This document shows positions 6,210 to 6,259 of a DNA stretch of 6,259 bases, one piece after another. The DNA lies in contig CAIWXP010000124.1 of the NCBI GenBank assembly GCA_903916665.1, positions 1 to 6,259 of the forward strand, given 5' to 3'. Positions within the stretch are counted from its first letter, which is position 1. Each line of letters begins with the position of its first letter. The stretch is from Candidatus Iainarchaeum sp. GTDB lineage: Archaea > Iainarchaeota > Iainarchaeia > Iainarchaeales > 0-14-0-20-30-16. Position numbers and translations under genes: made by a program. The notes below the pieces were generated by a model that saw nothing but the letters and a program-made list of their open reading frames with translations, ran no database searches and had not been told where the DNA came from.

Positions 6210-6259
6210 ATGGTTGATGAATTAAATGGTGAAGTATGTTGTCCTAGATTTGATCCTGC
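6210..6259 (+). CDS. 5' end of an unidentified gene, truncated by the right window edge
   Basis: ATG 6210 is preceded by AAGGTGAT with a 3-nt spacer, identical to the junction at 5541-5554. The frame is open to the window end (MVDELNGEVCCPRFDP...). It is too short to assign. Confidence 0.45.
   Translation, partial: MVDELNGEVCCPRFDP

Noticed and set aside
1-6259. Search for tRNA or rRNA genes, CRISPR repeats, transposase or integrase genes, terminal inverted repeats and long direct repeats
   Set aside because: No spaced repeat array, no cloverleaf-like GC-rich segment, no transposase- or integrase-like ORF and no long repeat was noticed by eye. The only exact repeat found is the 14-nt ribosome-binding-site junction. 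A computational repeat or RNA scan would be needed to be certain.

Overview
This is an AT-rich window (about 30% G+C by eye, not computed) that is densely packed with genes. Every credible gene is on the + strand: 9 complete CDSs plus 2 truncated at the window edges. All gaps are 0-30 nt except one 73-nt gap at 2473-2545. The sequence looks archaeal. It encodes an Sm/LSm protein, uses GGTGA/AGTGA-type ribosome-binding sites, and has a TATATATA box about 30 nt upstream of the first gene after the only real gap. A small-genome archaeon is plausible but cannot be decided from this window. Probable unit 1 runs from the left edge to 2472: an unknown partial gene, a MinD-type ATPase, an Sm-like protein and a divergent KamA-family radical SAM aminomutase. 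Probable unit 2 runs from about 2509 past the right edge: a HerA/FtsK-type P-loop ATPase, an SPL-like radical SAM enzyme, a YbaK/ProX-like deacylase domain protein, a DNPH1/Rcl-like protein of the nucleoside 2-deoxyribosyltransferase fold, a LOG-family nucleotide N-glycosidase and one more gene start. I saw no rRNA, tRNA, CRISPR array, IS or transposase, integrase or long repeat. The best candidate for something undescribed is unit 2. It has translationally coupled junctions, and I do not recognise this gene combination as a known operon. It could be a nucleotide-centred defence, repair or salvage module, but chance clustering of housekeeping genes in a streamlined genome is a serious alternative. 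All family calls come from motif recognition by eye. No database search was possible.
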